Shown here in pieces: positions 1 to 14,131 of a DNA stretch of 64,000 nt. The notes beneath the pieces are model-generated. The model saw nothing but the letters and a program-made list of their open reading frames with translations. It was not told the DNA's origin and made no database searches. Made by a program: the position numbers and the translations under genes. How positions within the stretch are numbered: position 1 is the first letter of the stretch; each line of letters begins with the position of its first letter. Source of the DNA: Candidatus Eremiobacteria bacterium. Lineage in GTDB: Bacteria; Vulcanimicrobiota; Vulcanimicrobiia; Vulcanimicrobiales; Vulcanimicrobiaceae. Location of the stretch: assembly GCA_963737065.1 (NCBI GenBank), contig CAVTRC010000001.1, positions 1,408,001 to 1,472,000 on the forward strand, in the 5' to 3' direction.

Positions 1-635
1 ACACCGACGCCTTTTGGTCCGTAGAACTTGTGCGCGGAGATCGAGAGCAGGTCGACACCGAGCGTATCGGGGCGTATATCGATCCACGGCGCCGCTTGCA
101 CGGCGTCGGTATGGAACGCAACGTTGCGCGCGCGAGCGCGTGCAGCGAGTTGCGCAATCGGTTGAATCGTGCCGATCTCGTTATTCGCAAGCGCGACCGT
201 TGCAAGCACCGTATCGGTGCGGATCGCGGATGCGAAGCGGTCGACGTCGATGAGTCCGCGGTCGTCCACCGGCACCAGTGTCACGTTGAATCCCTCATCT
301 CCCAGCGCCTCGAGCGCGCGTAATACCGCGTGATGCTCGATGACGGTCGAGACAATATGCCGGCCGCGGCCGCGCAATGCGCGCGCGACGCCGAGGATCG
401 CCTGAGTGTCCGATTCCGATCCACTGCCGGTGAACGTAATCGTTTTACGCGGGACGCCAAGGATCGCCGCGATGCGGTCGCGCGCATCGTCCAGTCCCGC
501 GCGGGCGCGCCGGCCTTCCGCGTGCAGCGAACTTGGATTGTATCCCGCTTGCGCAAAGTAGGGAAGCATTGCCTCGAGCACTTCTTGACGCACCGGCGTC
601 GTAGCGGCGTAATCGAGATACAGGCGATTGTCCAC
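1..635 (-). CDS. iscS: cysteine desulfurase IscS/NifS family (runs off window edge)
   Basis: Manual translation from GTG at 635: VDNRLYLDYAATTP...NPSSLH...ITFTGSGSES. Not in the ORF track because it is truncated by the window. Confidence 0.9.
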   Translation of the reverse strand, partial: MDNRLYLDYAATTPVRQEVLEAMLPYFAQAGYNPSSLHAEGRRARAGLDDARDRIAAILGVPRKTITFTGSGSESDTQAILGVARALRGRGRHIVSTVIEHHAVLRALEALGDEGFNVTLVPVDDRGLIDVDRFASAIRTDTVLATVALANNEIGTIQPIAQLAARARARNVAFHTDAVQAAPWIDIRPDTLGVDLLSISAHKFYGPKGVG

Positions 636-720
636 GAATTCTCAGACCCTTCTCAGAGCGTCACCCTACGATAACACCTGTGCGAAGCTCCATTGCACAC
701 TCCGAGAAGTAGCAACGGGA

Positions 721-751
721 AAGGGTGGCCGGAAGAACTCCGGCCACCCTT
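721..751 (-). terminator. intrinsic terminator-like hairpin downstream of rarA
   Basis: Perfect 13-bp stem AAGGGTGGCCGGA/TCCGGCCACCCTT with a 5-nt loop. Confidence 0.75.
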
Positions 752-787
752 CATTTATGCACGCCGAGCGACCGCCTAGCTGAAGCA

Positions 788-2035
788 TTAGCGGTCGTGC
801 GCTCCAGGCTCGTAGTATGTGCGGTCACGCAGATTTTCAGGCAAGTTTTGTTGCTTGACGGAATAGTCGTCGTGCGCGTAATGATAGCCTCTGCCGTATC
901 CAAGCTGTTTCATCAAGCCCGTCGGCGCGTTGCGCAGGTGCAACGGCACGGGATCGTTGCGCGTCTCCTGGACATCTTGGATTGCGGCACCATACGCGCG
1001 TCCGACGCTGTTGCTCTTCGGCGCTTTCGCTAAATAGAGCGTCGCATGCGCGAGCGGATAAAAGCCTTCCGGCATTCCGACGAAATGCACCGCTTGCTGT
1101 GCCGCTATCGCGACTTGGATCGCTTGCGAATCCGCTAATCCTACGTCTTCCGACGAGAGAATGACTAAGCGCCGCGCGATAAACAACGGCTCCTCGCCGC
1201 CGTCCAGCATTCGAGCGAGCCAATAGACCGCAGCATCCGGATCGCTCGCGCGTATACTCTTGATGAACGCGCTGACGATGTCGTAATGCTGCTCGCCGCC
1301 TTTATCATACGTCGATCCGCGTTTTTGGAGCGCCTCGAGCACGAGCTGGCGATCGATTTGCTTCGTGCCATTCCGAAGCAGTGCGGTTTCCGACGCGAAT
1401 TCGAGTGCATTGAGCGCGGTGCGTGCGTCGCCGTTCGCATATCCAATCAGCGTTGCCCGCGCATCGGGTTCCAGATGAATGTTGTGCGCGCCGAGTCCTC
1501 GCTCCGTATCATCAACCGCGCGCTGGACGATCGCAGCGATCTCTTCGTCGGCCAATTGCTGCAGCACGAACACGCGCGCACGCGATAGTAGCGCCGAGTT
1601 CACTTCAAAGGACGGATTTTCGGTTGTTGCGCCGATCAGCGTCACCGTTCCATCCTCCACGTACGGCAACACTGCGTCTTGCTGCGCCTTGTTGAACCGG
1701 TGAATCTCGTCGATGAAGAGTACCGTGCGCCGGCCTACGCTACGCCGCGCCTGCGCTTCGGCAACCACGCGACGTAAATCGGCGACGCCGGCACTGACCG
1801 CCGACAGCTTTTCAAAATGCGCGCCGGTCGAACGGGCGACGATTTCCGCAAGCGTCGTCTTCCCGGTGCCCGGCGGACCCCAAAGAATCATCGATGGTAC
1901 GCGATCCGTTTCGATTGCCCGACGCAAGGCGCGTCCCACACCGACGATTTGTTCTTGCCCGACGTACTCTTCGAGCGTGCGAGGGCGCATGCGCGCAGCG
2001 AGGGGCGCGTCCGGCTCGCCAAAGAGCGAATTCAT
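788..2035 (-). CDS. rarA: replication-associated recombination protein A (MgsA/RarA AAA+ ATPase)
   Basis: PLAARMRP, GPPGTGKT, FIDEIHRFNKAQQD, GATTENPSFEVN, SEDVGLAD motifs. Confidence 0.95.
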   Translation of the reverse strand: MNSLFGEPDAPLAARMRPRTLEEYVGQEQIVGVGRALRRAIETDRVPSMILWGPPGTGKTTLAEIVARSTGAHFEKLSAVSAGVADLRRVVAEAQARRSVGRRTVLFIDEIHRFNKAQQDAVLPYVEDGTVTLIGATTENPSFEVNSALLSRARVFVLQQLADEEIAAIVQRAVDDTERGLGAHNIHLEPDARATLIGYANGDARTALNALEFASETALLRNGTKQIDRQLVLEALQKRGSTYDKGGEQHYDIVSAFIKSIRASDPDAAVYWLARMLDGGEEPLFIARRLVILSSEDVGLADSQAIQVAIAAQQAVHFVGMPEGFYPLAHATLYLAKAPKSNSVGRAYGAAIQDVQETRNDPVPLHLRNAPTGLMKQLGYGRGYHYAHDDYSVKQQNLPENLRDRTYYEPGAHDR

Positions 2036-2042
2036 GCCTTGC

Positions 2043-4121
2043 TTATAACAGAGTTTTCGTCCACCAGTCCAGCATACGCGAATAGAGATCGCGACGGTGC
2101 ATGATTTTCCGTGGACCGTGGTGTTCGCCCGGATAGACGAAATACTGTACCTCTTTACCGGACTTCATAAAGGCGTCCAGTAATGAGAGCGAGTTCATGA
2201 GATGCACGTTGTCGTCCGACGTCCCTTGCAAGATCAGCAGCGACGCTTTCAATTGTCCGGCCGACGGCAGTACCGACGTGTTGCGATACGCACGGACTTG
2301 TTGTGACGGCATGCCCATGTACCGTTCGGTGTACGCGCTGTCGTAGAAGTGCCAATCTGCGGGCGGTGCACCCGCAATACCGGATTTGAATGCCGCACGT
2401 GCATGCGTGAGCGTGAACGCCGTGAGATAGCCGCCATAGCTCCAGCCTTCAAGACCGAACCGCGTCGCATCCGCGTAGGTCTGCTGCTTCATCCAGCCGA
2501 CGCCGGCAAGTTGTCCCGCCATTGCAATCTCGCCCATGCGGTGGAAGAACATCCGCTCCGCAGAAGCGCGATCGATTTGCGAAGCGGGCCCCGAAACGGT
2601 AAACACGAGGAACCCGTGCTGTGCGAGCAAGAACGGGAAAAGTCCCGGCCACCGATTGACGGTTTCGTTATCGTCGATGCCGAGCGGACCACCGTACGGC
2701 GTAAAGATCACCGGATAGCGTCTATTCGGATCGAAATCTTTCGGCACGACGAGCGTCGCATCGAGGGTGCCCCAGGGTGACGGAATCTCCAGCGCGCGAA
2801 CGGTACCCAAGTCGAAGCGCGAGAGATCGGGCGTGCGAAAGATGAACGCAGCGTGGCCGTTGAACCTGGCCCGTACGACGGTCGTCGGGTGATTGTACGC
2901 GGAAAACGTGTCGATGAAATTACTGCTGTGCGCGGCGAGCACCACGTTGTGCGTTCCCGGTGACGGCGTCAGGTTCTCAACCGCGCCGCCACGCAAAGCG
3001 ACGCGCAAAAACGAACGATCGCGCCGGGTGGGATAGTAGGCATCGATGTATGCCGCATTCGGATCGACGCGTAGCACGGAGCGTACGGTATAGTTTCCGG
3101 TGATGCGGCGCCATCGTCGACTGCGTATGTCGATCGCCCACAAGGACTGCCGTCCGCCTCGCTGCGAGAGCAGGTACAACGTGCGGCCGTCTTTCGACCA
3201 ATCCGGAATCGGTTCCACGTCGACGAACTTGGGATCGAATTCACTCGCGATCGTGCGTTGAGAGCCATCGTTACCGAAAGCGACCCATCGCAGATGCCGC
3301 TGCGCTCGATCGATGATTTGATCGAGCAGCACGTCGCCGCGTGGAGACCACGAAAACGAGAGGACGTACTCGTCGTTACGGCCGCCCTCATAGAGCGCAT
3401 GCGACTGCGCCGACGCAACGTCGACGACGTTGAGCGAGACGCGCGCATTCTTATCGCCGGCCAGCGGATATCGCTGCTCTTCCACAACGTTGATGCGCGG
3501 AACATAATTTTGCACCGGAAACGGCTGAATCGGCGTTTCATCAAACGAGAGGTAGGCGATTCGCGTTCCGTCCGGTGACCATGCAAACGCGTGCTCAACG
3601 TTCATTTCTTCGCTGTAAAGCCAATCGGGATCGCCGTTTATCCGCGTCGCGGACCCGGTGGTCGTCAATCGTCGTGCGCGTCGCGTCCGCACGTCGACGA
3701 CGTAGAGATCGTTTTCGTGAACGTACGCGATACGCCGGTCATCGGGCGACCATTGCGGATCGTCTGCGTCTTGCGCTAACGAGAGTTCGCCGCCGCTTTG
3801 CGGATCGATCGTTTCGAGCGAACCGGCGTTGATCGACGCGATCGTGCGGCCATCGTGCGACCACGCGATTTCCGAGACTTCGCGCGAACGCGTCCCGCGC
3901 TGTTCGGATTTCGCATGAAAAAGCAAACGATCGGCGTTCGTGCGCATGTCGTGAATTCGAAGAACGGCGGGATCGCCTTCTTTGAAGCCCGGAGTGCTGT
4001 AGACGTACGCGGACCCGTTCGGAGCCCAGCGGAATGAGGACGGCGGTGTGCCGTTCACCGGATGCTGCGCAACGATATCGTTGACGGTCAATAGTCCCGC
4101 CAGCGTGACGACGGCGATCAT
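2043..4121 (-). CDS. S9 family dipeptidyl peptidase IV-like serine peptidase
   Basis: DPPIV beta-propeller (NGDPDWLYSEE), GWSYGG nucleophile, DDNVH and YPGEHH. Start taken at ATG 4121; the longer ORF-track N-terminus overlaps the lptA-like gene. Confidence 0.9.
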   Translation of the reverse strand: MIAVVTLAGLLTVNDIVAQHPVNGTPPSSFRWAPNGSAYVYSTPGFKEGDPAVLRIHDMRTNADRLLFHAKSEQRGTRSREVSEIAWSHDGRTIASINAGSLETIDPQSGGELSLAQDADDPQWSPDDRRIAYVHENDLYVVDVRTRRARRLTTTGSATRINGDPDWLYSEEMNVEHAFAWSPDGTRIAYLSFDETPIQPFPVQNYVPRINVVEEQRYPLAGDKNARVSLNVVDVASAQSHALYEGGRNDEYVLSFSWSPRGDVLLDQIIDRAQRHLRWVAFGNDGSQRTIASEFDPKFVDVEPIPDWSKDGRTLYLLSQRGGRQSLWAIDIRSRRWRRITGNYTVRSVLRVDPNAAYIDAYYPTRRDRSFLRVALRGGAVENLTPSPGTHNVVLAAHSSNFIDTFSAYNHPTTVVRARFNGHAAFIFRTPDLSRFDLGTVRALEIPSPWGTLDATLVVPKDFDPNRRYPVIFTPYGGPLGIDDNETVNRWPGLFPFLLAQHGFLVFTVSGPASQIDRASAERMFFHRMGEIAMAGQLAGVGWMKQQTYADATRFGLEGWSYGGYLTAFTLTHARAAFKSGIAGAPPADWHFYDSAYTERYMGMPSQQVRAYRNTSVLPSAGQLKASLLILQGTSDDNVHLMNSLSLLDAFMKSGKEVQYFVYPGEHHGPRKIMHRRDLYSRMLDWWTKTLL

Positions 4122-4264
4122 CCCGGTTGCTGCGCGCTCTCGCAGCGCGTCACCTTGTATTATTCCGCGTAGTGCAGCTCGATTGCGCTTGATTCCACGT
4201 ACAGCGCGCCGAGACTCGTGCGAATGCGGCAACGATGAAACGCACGACCGTCGGCTCGCACGCG

Positions 4265-4948
4265 CTAGGTCGGCGAAGGGCTCGGCTGGGGTGTGTGCTT
4301 TTCCAGCGGGTTCTTGATCGTGATCGGCTTCGGCGTTGCGAAATGCGGGTTCACTTGGCTTGGGAATTGCATCACGACGTTGCCTTCCGCGTGCGCCTTT
4401 CCGGTGATCGTGTCGTACACGACGTGCTGCGCCGTCATGTTGCGGTCGCCTTGCACGATGTGCACGTTTCCGTTGAGATCGAGTTGGTGCGTCGTGTCGT
4501 TCAGCACGCCCTTTGCTGCGTCGACGGTCGTGTCGGCTTGCACGTAGTGCACGTTGCCGGTCGCAGTGTAGACCTTCGCTGTTCCGTCGATGTTGACTTG
4601 ATCCGCGGTCAGCGTCGCGGGTCCTTTGGAGTTGGAGGCTTTCGAGGTAGACAGCCCGGCGAAGTTTCCTTGCGAATCGTGCATGACGACGTGGCCGTAA
4701 ATCGTTGCGGCCTTCGTTTTGTAGTTGCCGTTTGCGCGATCGCCCGTGATGTCGCCGCCTTCGCGCGTCATCGTGACCTGATTGGACGTGGAGAAATCGC
4801 CTGTCTTGAAGTTCACGTCGACCGACGTCATCTTGACGGTCCACACGCCGACGGTGAACTGCGTGCCGCTGCCGGCAGCGGAGGGCGGCGGCTTAGGCGC
4901 CGCGGCGACGAGCGCTACGGCGGTAAGGAGCGAGAGCGCGTGTTTCAT
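4265..4948 (-). CDS. LptA/OstA-family beta-jellyroll periplasmic protein
   Basis: Signal peptide plus repeated A-x-G-N-V-H-x-x-Q strands typical of OstA/LptA. Confidence 0.75.
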   Translation of the reverse strand: MKHALSLLTAVALVAAAPKPPPSAAGSGTQFTVGVWTVKMTSVDVNFKTGDFSTSNQVTMTREGGDITGDRANGNYKTKAATIYGHVVMHDSQGNFAGLSTSKASNSKGPATLTADQVNIDGTAKVYTATGNVHYVQADTTVDAAKGVLNDTTHQLDLNGNVHIVQGDRNMTAQHVVYDTITGKAHAEGNVVMQFPSQVNPHFATPKPITIKNPLEKHTPQPSPSPT

Positions 4949-5607
4949 TGCTGAGAACGGACCTTTACGCTATGACGTTCGACCGCACCGAGAAGTTCCG
5001 CGATACGGTCGTATTTCATCACGCCTTCACGTAAGAGGCGCGCGGGCGATCGGCTCAGGTCCACGATCGATGCTTCGCCTTCATAGCGCGTGGGCCCGTT
5101 TAGGACGAGTAGATCGGCGCCCGGCAGTTCACTCGTATCGTCACCACCGCGATACGGCGGCCTGCCGCTTTGATTCGCGCTCGTCACGGCGAGCGGCCCG
5201 CACCGTTCCAAGATCGCCTTTGCGAGCGGCTCGTCGGGCACGCGGAATCCGAGTGTCGGCATTCCAGCCGTCACTTCATCGCTGATGAATTCCGGCTTGC
5301 GTACGATGACGATGACGGGGCCGGGCAAGAGCCGCTTTGCCGCGAGAATCGCAGCCGAGTTTCCCGGAGCGAACTCCAAGAATTCAACGGGCGTAGCAAC
5401 ATGCAGCGTCAGCGGCTTTTCATCGGGCCGGCGCTTCGCGCGATAGACCTTGTCGACAGCGGCCGAACGATATGGATCGCACGCGATGCCGTAGCTCGTT
5501 TCGTTGGGGAAGATGATCGTACCGCCGTCAAAGATGACGCGCGCGCATCCTTCGACGAGCACCTCGAGCGCCTCGTTTCGCGCGTCGAGTACGGCCCCGA
5601 TCGCCAT
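4945..5607 (-). CDS. tsaC: L-threonylcarbamoyladenylate synthase (Sua5/YrdC/TsaC)
   Basis: FPNETSYGI, KRRPDEKPL, LPGP, TSANQSG motifs. Confidence 0.88.
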   Translation of the reverse strand: MAIGAVLDARNEALEVLVEGCARVIFDGGTIIFPNETSYGIACDPYRSAAVDKVYRAKRRPDEKPLTLHVATPVEFLEFAPGNSAAILAAKRLLPGPVIVIVRKPEFISDEVTAGMPTLGFRVPDEPLAKAILERCGPLAVTSANQSGRPPYRGGDDTSELPGADLLVLNGPTRYEGEASIVDLSRSPARLLREGVMKYDRIAELLGAVERHSVKVRSQQ

Positions 5608-5728
5608 CAGAAATGTTCCTTCGGAAATGGTGTGAGAGCGTTCACCAGGCCGAGGCAACACGAGCCGCGGTGTGCTTTAGCACATAAGGCGAGTGTTAAC
5701 GACGGCATGGTGACCGCTCTCACGCCAT

Positions 5729-8097
<2,369 letters not shown>

Positions 8098-8103
8098 TGG
8101 TTC

Positions 8104-8136
8104 AAAAAGTTCGCGGGGCGCTGGTGTGCGCCCCGC
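8104..8136 (-). terminator. intrinsic terminator-like hairpin after atpC
   Basis: 9-bp GC stem GCGGGGCGC/GCGCCCCGC (8113-8136) followed on the minus strand by GAACTTTTT. Confidence 0.55.
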
Positions 8137-8176
8137 TTCACTGTATCGGGCCTTTCGGCATGCTTTCTAAGCCGCT

Positions 8177-8554
8177 TCAATGGCTTCCGACCAGGCGTAG
8201 TTTCGCGTTAGCGAACTCTATTGTCGCGGGATCCGCTGCACGCGCGAGTTCCTCGCGCGTCTTTGCGACGTCAATGTCTTCGAACCCGAGCGCCTGATCG
8301 ACGAGAATCGTCACGCGATCCGGGAGCGCTTGCATGAACCCTTCGGCGGTAGCAAGTTCGAGACGTTCAGTCTTCCCGTCGGCGGCGACGTTCGCGCGCA
8401 GAACGCCGGGCTTGAGCGCGGCAAGAAACGGCGCGTGATGCGGAAGGATGCCTTCCTCGCCTTCCGTCGTTACGGCAATAACCAGCTCGGCATCGCCCTC
8501 GAAGACGACCTTCGTCGGCGTGATGAGCTTGAACGGGATCGTCGAAGCGGCCAT
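8177..8554 (-). CDS. atpC: ATP synthase F1 epsilon
   Basis: LITP...GEEGILPHHAP; last gene of the atp operon. Confidence 0.93.
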   Translation of the reverse strand: MAASTIPFKLITPTKVVFEGDAELVIAVTTEGEEGILPHHAPFLAALKPGVLRANVAADGKTERLELATAEGFMQALPDRVTILVDQALGFEDIDVAKTREELARAADPATIEFANAKLRLVGSH

Positions 8555-8588
8555 CAGAGCGTCGCTTCTAACGCGCGCGAGGCGTGCA

Positions 8589-10148
<1,560 letters not shown>

Positions 10149-10166
10149 TCACGCAGGAAATTGGCA

Positions 10167-11069
10167 TCATGTATTTACCAAAGCCTCCGCCCCGCCGACG
10201 ATTTCGAGAAGTTCCTTCGTAATCGCGGCTTGGCGCGCGTTGTTCATTTGAATGGTCAGTTCGTCGATGAGTTTGCCGGCGTTGTCGGTCGCGTTGTTCA
10301 TTGCCAGCAATTGCGCGGCGAAGAACGCCGCATCGGTTTCGAGCATCGCGGAGAAGATCGTGAACTCGAGGTACTTCGGCAGCAAGCGCGAGAGCACGAA
10401 TTCAGGCGACGGCGCAAATTCGACCGATCCTTTTGCTCCATGCGGTTCGGCCGGTCGCGGCGTATCAGCTTGATCCTTCGACAAGGCCAGCACGACGGTA
10501 TCGCGCAGAATGGGCACCATTTGGCGGGTTTCCGGCTTTTGCGACAACATCGAAATGAGTTTCGACGAGATGAGCGTGATGCCGGAAATCCGGCCGTTGA
10601 TAAAATCGTCCGTTACAAGTTTCGCGACGTCGCGCGCCACCTCGATCTTCGATGGCGCGTTGAGCACCCACGTCGGATGGCTCGCCTTCCCCATACGACG
10701 CACGGCGTTGCGTGCTTTGATACCGACGGTATACCACGTCACGTCTTTTTGATCGCGTGCAAAAAGCTCGCCGGCGCGAATAACGTTGGAGTTGAACGCC
10801 CCTGCGAGGCCTTTGTCGGCCGTCATCAAGATGACGCCGAGCGGCGCATTCGCGTTTCCCGGTTTCATGAACGGATGGTCGACGCTCGTTACCGCGTTCA
10901 TCAAGTCGCGCAGCATCTCCGCAAGCGTATCCGCGTAGGGACGCGCTTGCTTTTGTGCCATCTCGGCGCGGCGGATCTTTGCCGCGGCGACTTGTTTCAT
11001 CGCCTTGGTGATCTGCTGCGTGTTCTTCAGCGAGCGAATGCGCTCGCGAAGATCCTTGACGCTCGGCAT
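10167..11069 (-). CDS. atpG: ATP synthase F1 gamma
   Basis: QITKAMKQVAAAK, DKGLAGAFN, ARQAAITKELLEIVGGA. Confidence 0.97.
   Translation of the reverse strand: MPSVKDLRERIRSLKNTQQITKAMKQVAAAKIRRAEMAQKQARPYADTLAEMLRDLMNAVTSVDHPFMKPGNANAPLGVILMTADKGLAGAFNSNVIRAGELFARDQKDVTWYTVGIKARNAVRRMGKASHPTWVLNAPSKIEVARDVAKLVTDDFINGRISGITLISSKLISMLSQKPETRQMVPILRDTVVLALSKDQADTPRPAEPHGAKGSVEFAPSPEFVLSRLLPKYLEFTIFSAMLETDAAFFAAQLLAMNNATDNAGKLIDELTIQMNNARQAAITKELLEIVGGAEALVNT
10474..10496. repeat. degenerate REP-like repeat copy embedded in frame in atpG
   Basis: TCCTTCGACAAGGCCAGCACGAC. Its reverse complement shares CTG..C.TGTCGAA.G with the atpD copy. Confidence 0.5.
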
Positions 11070-12568
11070 TAAAAGCTCTTGTTGAACTCCGTCAGCGCCG
11101 CGTTCAGTCTTTGCTTCGTATCGTCCGAGAGCTGGCCGCTCGATGCGATGGTCTGCGGAATCTCCGGATGCTTCGAGTGCAGGAACTCGATGAAGCCCGC
11201 AGCCCAGTTCTGCAGGCGCGGAGTCGCGATATCGTTTACGTACCCGGTGGTCGCGCCGTAGAGGATCGTCACTTGATCTTCCATCGCCATCGGCTGATAC
11301 TGCGGCTGCTTCAGCAATTCGGTGAGTTTTTCGCCGCGCATCAGTTGCATCTGCGTCGCCTTGTCGAGGTCGCTCGCAAGTTTCGCGAACGCCGCAAGGT
11401 CGCGATACTGAGCGAGCTCCAGTTTGAGCGGACCTGCTACGCCTTTCATCGCCTTCGTCTGCGCGGAACCGCCGACGCGCGAAACCGATAAACCGACGTC
11501 AACCGCGGGACGAATGCCTTGAAAGAAGAGGCTCGGCGTGAGGTAGATTTGCCCGTCGGTGATCGAGATGACGTTCGTCGGAATATACGCGGAGAAATCA
11601 CCCGCTTGGGTTTCGATGATCGGCAGTGCCGTCATCGATCCGCCGCCGAGTTCGTCGGAAAGCTTCGCCGCCCGTTCGAGCAGACGCGAGTGCAGATAGA
11701 AGACGTCGCCGGGATATGCTTCGCGCCCCGGAGGACGGCGAAGAAGAAGCGCCATTTCACGATACGACTGCGCGTGCTTGGTGAGGTCATCGTAGACGAT
11801 GAGGACGTCTTTGCCTTGATACATGAGCTCTTCGCCCATCGCACAGCCGGCGAAGGGAGCGATCCAGCGCAGCGCCGCCGATTCGGACGGACCGACCGTA
11901 ACGATCGTCGTGTAGTCCATCGCGCCCTTGTGTTCGAGGATTTGCGCCAGCGCGGCAACCGTCGCATTCTTCTGACCGATCGCGACGTAGATGCAGAACA
12001 CGTTCTTGCCCTTTTGATTGATGATCGTGTCGACCGCGATCGCCGTTTTTCCGGTCGAACGGTCGCCGATGATCAGCTCGCGCTGGCCTTTACCGATCGG
12101 AATGAGCGCGTCGATCGCGCGGATACCGGTCTGCAGCGGCTGCTTCACCGATTGACGTTGAACGACCGTCGGCGCGATGTTTTCGATCGTGCGATATTTA
12201 TTCGTTTCGACGGGCCCTTTGCCGTCGACCGGCTGGCCGAGCGGATTCACGACGCGACCGAGCAGCGATTCTCCGACCGGAACGGACGCAATGCGTCCGG
12301 TGCGGCGAACCTTATCGCCTTCTTTGATGTCTTCGTCGTCGCCCATGATGACGACGCCGACGTTGTCCTCTTCCAAATTCAGCGCGACGCCCAGCATGCC
12401 GTTGTGGAATTCGACAAGTTCCGACGAGCGTACGGCGCGCAGACCGTAGACGCGCGCGAGGTTCGCGCCCACCTCGATCACGGTTCCAACTTCGTCCTCC
12501 TGGACGGCCGTGTTGAAGCTCGCAATCTGCTGCTTCAGAATACCGGCGATTTCGTCTGCGTTAATCAT
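11069..12568 (-). CDS. atpA: ATP synthase F1 alpha
   Basis: [38 protein letters not shown]. Confidence 0.98.
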   Translation of the reverse strand: MINADEIAGILKQQIASFNTAVQEDEVGTVIEVGANLARVYGLRAVRSSELVEFHNGMLGVALNLEEDNVGVVIMGDDEDIKEGDKVRRTGRIASVPVGESLLGRVVNPLGQPVDGKGPVETNKYRTIENIAPTVVQRQSVKQPLQTGIRAIDALIPIGKGQRELIIGDRSTGKTAIAVDTIINQKGKNVFCIYVAIGQKNATVAALAQILEHKGAMDYTTIVTVGPSESAALRWIAPFAGCAMGEELMYQGKDVLIVYDDLTKHAQSYREMALLLRRPPGREAYPGDVFYLHSRLLERAAKLSDELGGGSMTALPIIETQAGDFSAYIPTNVISITDGQIYLTPSLFFQGIRPAVDVGLSVSRVGGSAQTKAMKGVAGPLKLELAQYRDLAAFAKLASDLDKATQMQLMRGEKLTELLKQPQYQPMAMEDQVTILYGATTGYVNDIATPRLQNWAAGFIEFLHSKHPEIPQTIASSGQLSDDTKQRLNAALTEFNKSF

Positions 12569-12636
12569 TATACGAGGCGCTCCGATCTGATCTGCGCGTA
12601 TTGGTTTGCAAGTAACTCCCCTTGGGCGCCGGCACG

Positions 12637-13182
12637 TTAGCGGCTCCCTGCGAACAACGTTCGCGACAGTTCTTCGAGGCGGCCCGCGACCGTGCCGTCG
12701 ATGCGTCGATCGCCCATGACGACGCGCACGCCGCCGATCAGCGACGGATCGCGGCGTACCGAGACATCGAACTTCTTGCTATAGACGCGCTCGAGCCGGT
12801 CAACCAGCGAACGCAGTTCCGTCTGCGGCAAATCACGAGCGGTGATGACGGTCAGCGGTTCCATCCCGCGCGAGGCGAGTTCAAGCTTGCGATACTCGAC
12901 GATCACGCCGGTGAGAAGCGCTTCGCGGCGCTTGCGCACGAGGAGCAACGCGGTGTGAAGCGCGATGTCGTCGACCCGGCCGTTGAACGCGTTGAGCAGG
13001 GCCTTCTCTTTGTCGCCACGGTCGACGACCGGCGAAACGAAGAATTCGCGCGTCGATGCGTCTTCGTCGACGGCGCGCCCGATGGTGGAAAGATCGTCGC
13101 CGACCTTTTGAATGCGTCCGGCTTGCTGCGCGAGTTGGAAAACGGCGACCGCGTACCGCCGCGCAAGCGTTTCGTTCGCCAT
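12637..13182 (-). CDS. atpH: ATP synthase delta
   Basis: ARRYAVA...DPSLIGG...IDGTV; operon position. Confidence 0.93.
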   Translation of the reverse strand: MANETLARRYAVAVFQLAQQAGRIQKVGDDLSTIGRAVDEDASTREFFVSPVVDRGDKEKALLNAFNGRVDDIALHTALLLVRKRREALLTGVIVEYRKLELASRGMEPLTVITARDLPQTELRSLVDRLERVYSKKFDVSVRRDPSLIGGVRVVMGDRRIDGTVAGRLEELSRTLFAGSR

Positions 13183-13676
13183 TAGTTCCGCGCTCCGTGT
13201 TCGAGCGACGCGACGAACCGGTCGACGAGCCGCGCGTTCACCCCGCCGTCGACGCGCGTCTCTGCCTCACGCCGGGCGAGTTCGAGCGCTTTTGCCGCGA
13301 GCTCTTCACGTAATTGTTCCCGCGCGGCCGCTCGCGCCCGCTGCAGTTCGCCGGCCGCATTGCGCAGTGCGCGCTCTCCCGCTTCGTTCGCTTCGGCGAT
13401 CATGGCGTCCGATTCGTGCTTCGCTTGATTTGCGGCGCGCTGAGCAATGAGCTGCGCATCGTGTTTCGCGCCTTCGATTTCTTGACGAAGAAGGTCGAGC
13501 GCCGCTTTTGCTTCATCTCGATGGCGTTCCGCCTCCGCGAGCTGGCGGTTTTGATTCGCTTGGGCGGCAAGAACTGCCGGCGCGATGTACTTCGTCCACA
13601 GCCAGACCATCACCGCAAGAAAAAGAATCGCGGAGATGATATCGGACCACTTGGCGACTGCTTCGTAATTCAACAT
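13182..13676 (-). CDS. atpF: ATP synthase Fo subunit b
   Basis: Single N-terminal TM plus Ala/Glu-rich coiled coil; operon position. Confidence 0.88.
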   Translation of the reverse strand: MLNYEAVAKWSDIISAILFLAVMVWLWTKYIAPAVLAAQANQNRQLAEAERHRDEAKAALDLLRQEIEGAKHDAQLIAQRAANQAKHESDAMIAEANEAGERALRNAAGELQRARAAAREQLREELAAKALELARREAETRVDGGVNARLVDRFVASLEHGARN

Positions 13677-14119
13677 CAGCGCTCGGTGACGGTCCGTTCG
13701 ACCATCAGTTCAGCGAGTTGACGGACGAGGCTCTCTTCGCCGACGCGCGCGGCCATCAATTCGGCATCGGCCTGCTTGTCGGCGGCCTCGATCGTCGACT
13801 GCGCCTGCGCTGTGTACGTTGCCGAAATCTCCGACGCTTTGTTTGACCCGTCGGCGCGCGCCTTTGCGATCGTTGCAACCGCATCACGCCGTGCAGCGGC
13901 GCGAATGCCTGCGGCTTCCGCGCGCAGCTTGCTGCCTTCGGTTTGATACTTCTCGTAGTCGGTGTGGACGCTGTTGATATACCTGCGGCGTTCGCGGATC
14001 GCGCGACCAACCGGACGTAAAAAAACGACCGACAAAATCGCGAAGAAGATCGCGAAGTTAATCAGCTGCACCCAGAACGTTCCATCGGGTTGGAGAAACA
14101 TCTCCGCGGCGAGCATCAT
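13676..14119 (-). CDS. ATP synthase Fo subunit b' (second b-type subunit)
   Basis: DGTFWVQLINFAIFFAILSVVFLRPV...ERR plus coiled coil. Confidence 0.85.
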   Translation of the reverse strand: MMLAAEMFLQPDGTFWVQLINFAIFFAILSVVFLRPVGRAIRERRRYINSVHTDYEKYQTEGSKLRAEAAGIRAAARRDAVATIAKARADGSNKASEISATYTAQAQSTIEAADKQADAELMAARVGEESLVRQLAELMVERTVTER

Positions 14120-14131
14120 GATTGTTTCGCT

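Noticed and set aside
640..720. TPP/SAM riboswitch upstream of iscS (CTGAGA motif)
   Set aside because: The other conserved riboswitch elements are absent.
4122..4844. 240-aa N-terminal extension of the S9 peptidase
   Set aside because: Alternative-frame read-through of the lptA-like gene with shadow-ORF composition; a hydrophobic N-terminus begins at 4121.
5545..5565. GTCGAAGG cores in sua5 (and in rpmA at about 60355) as further repeat copies
   Set aside because: Only the short core matches; in rpmA it is ordinary conserved L27 sequence.
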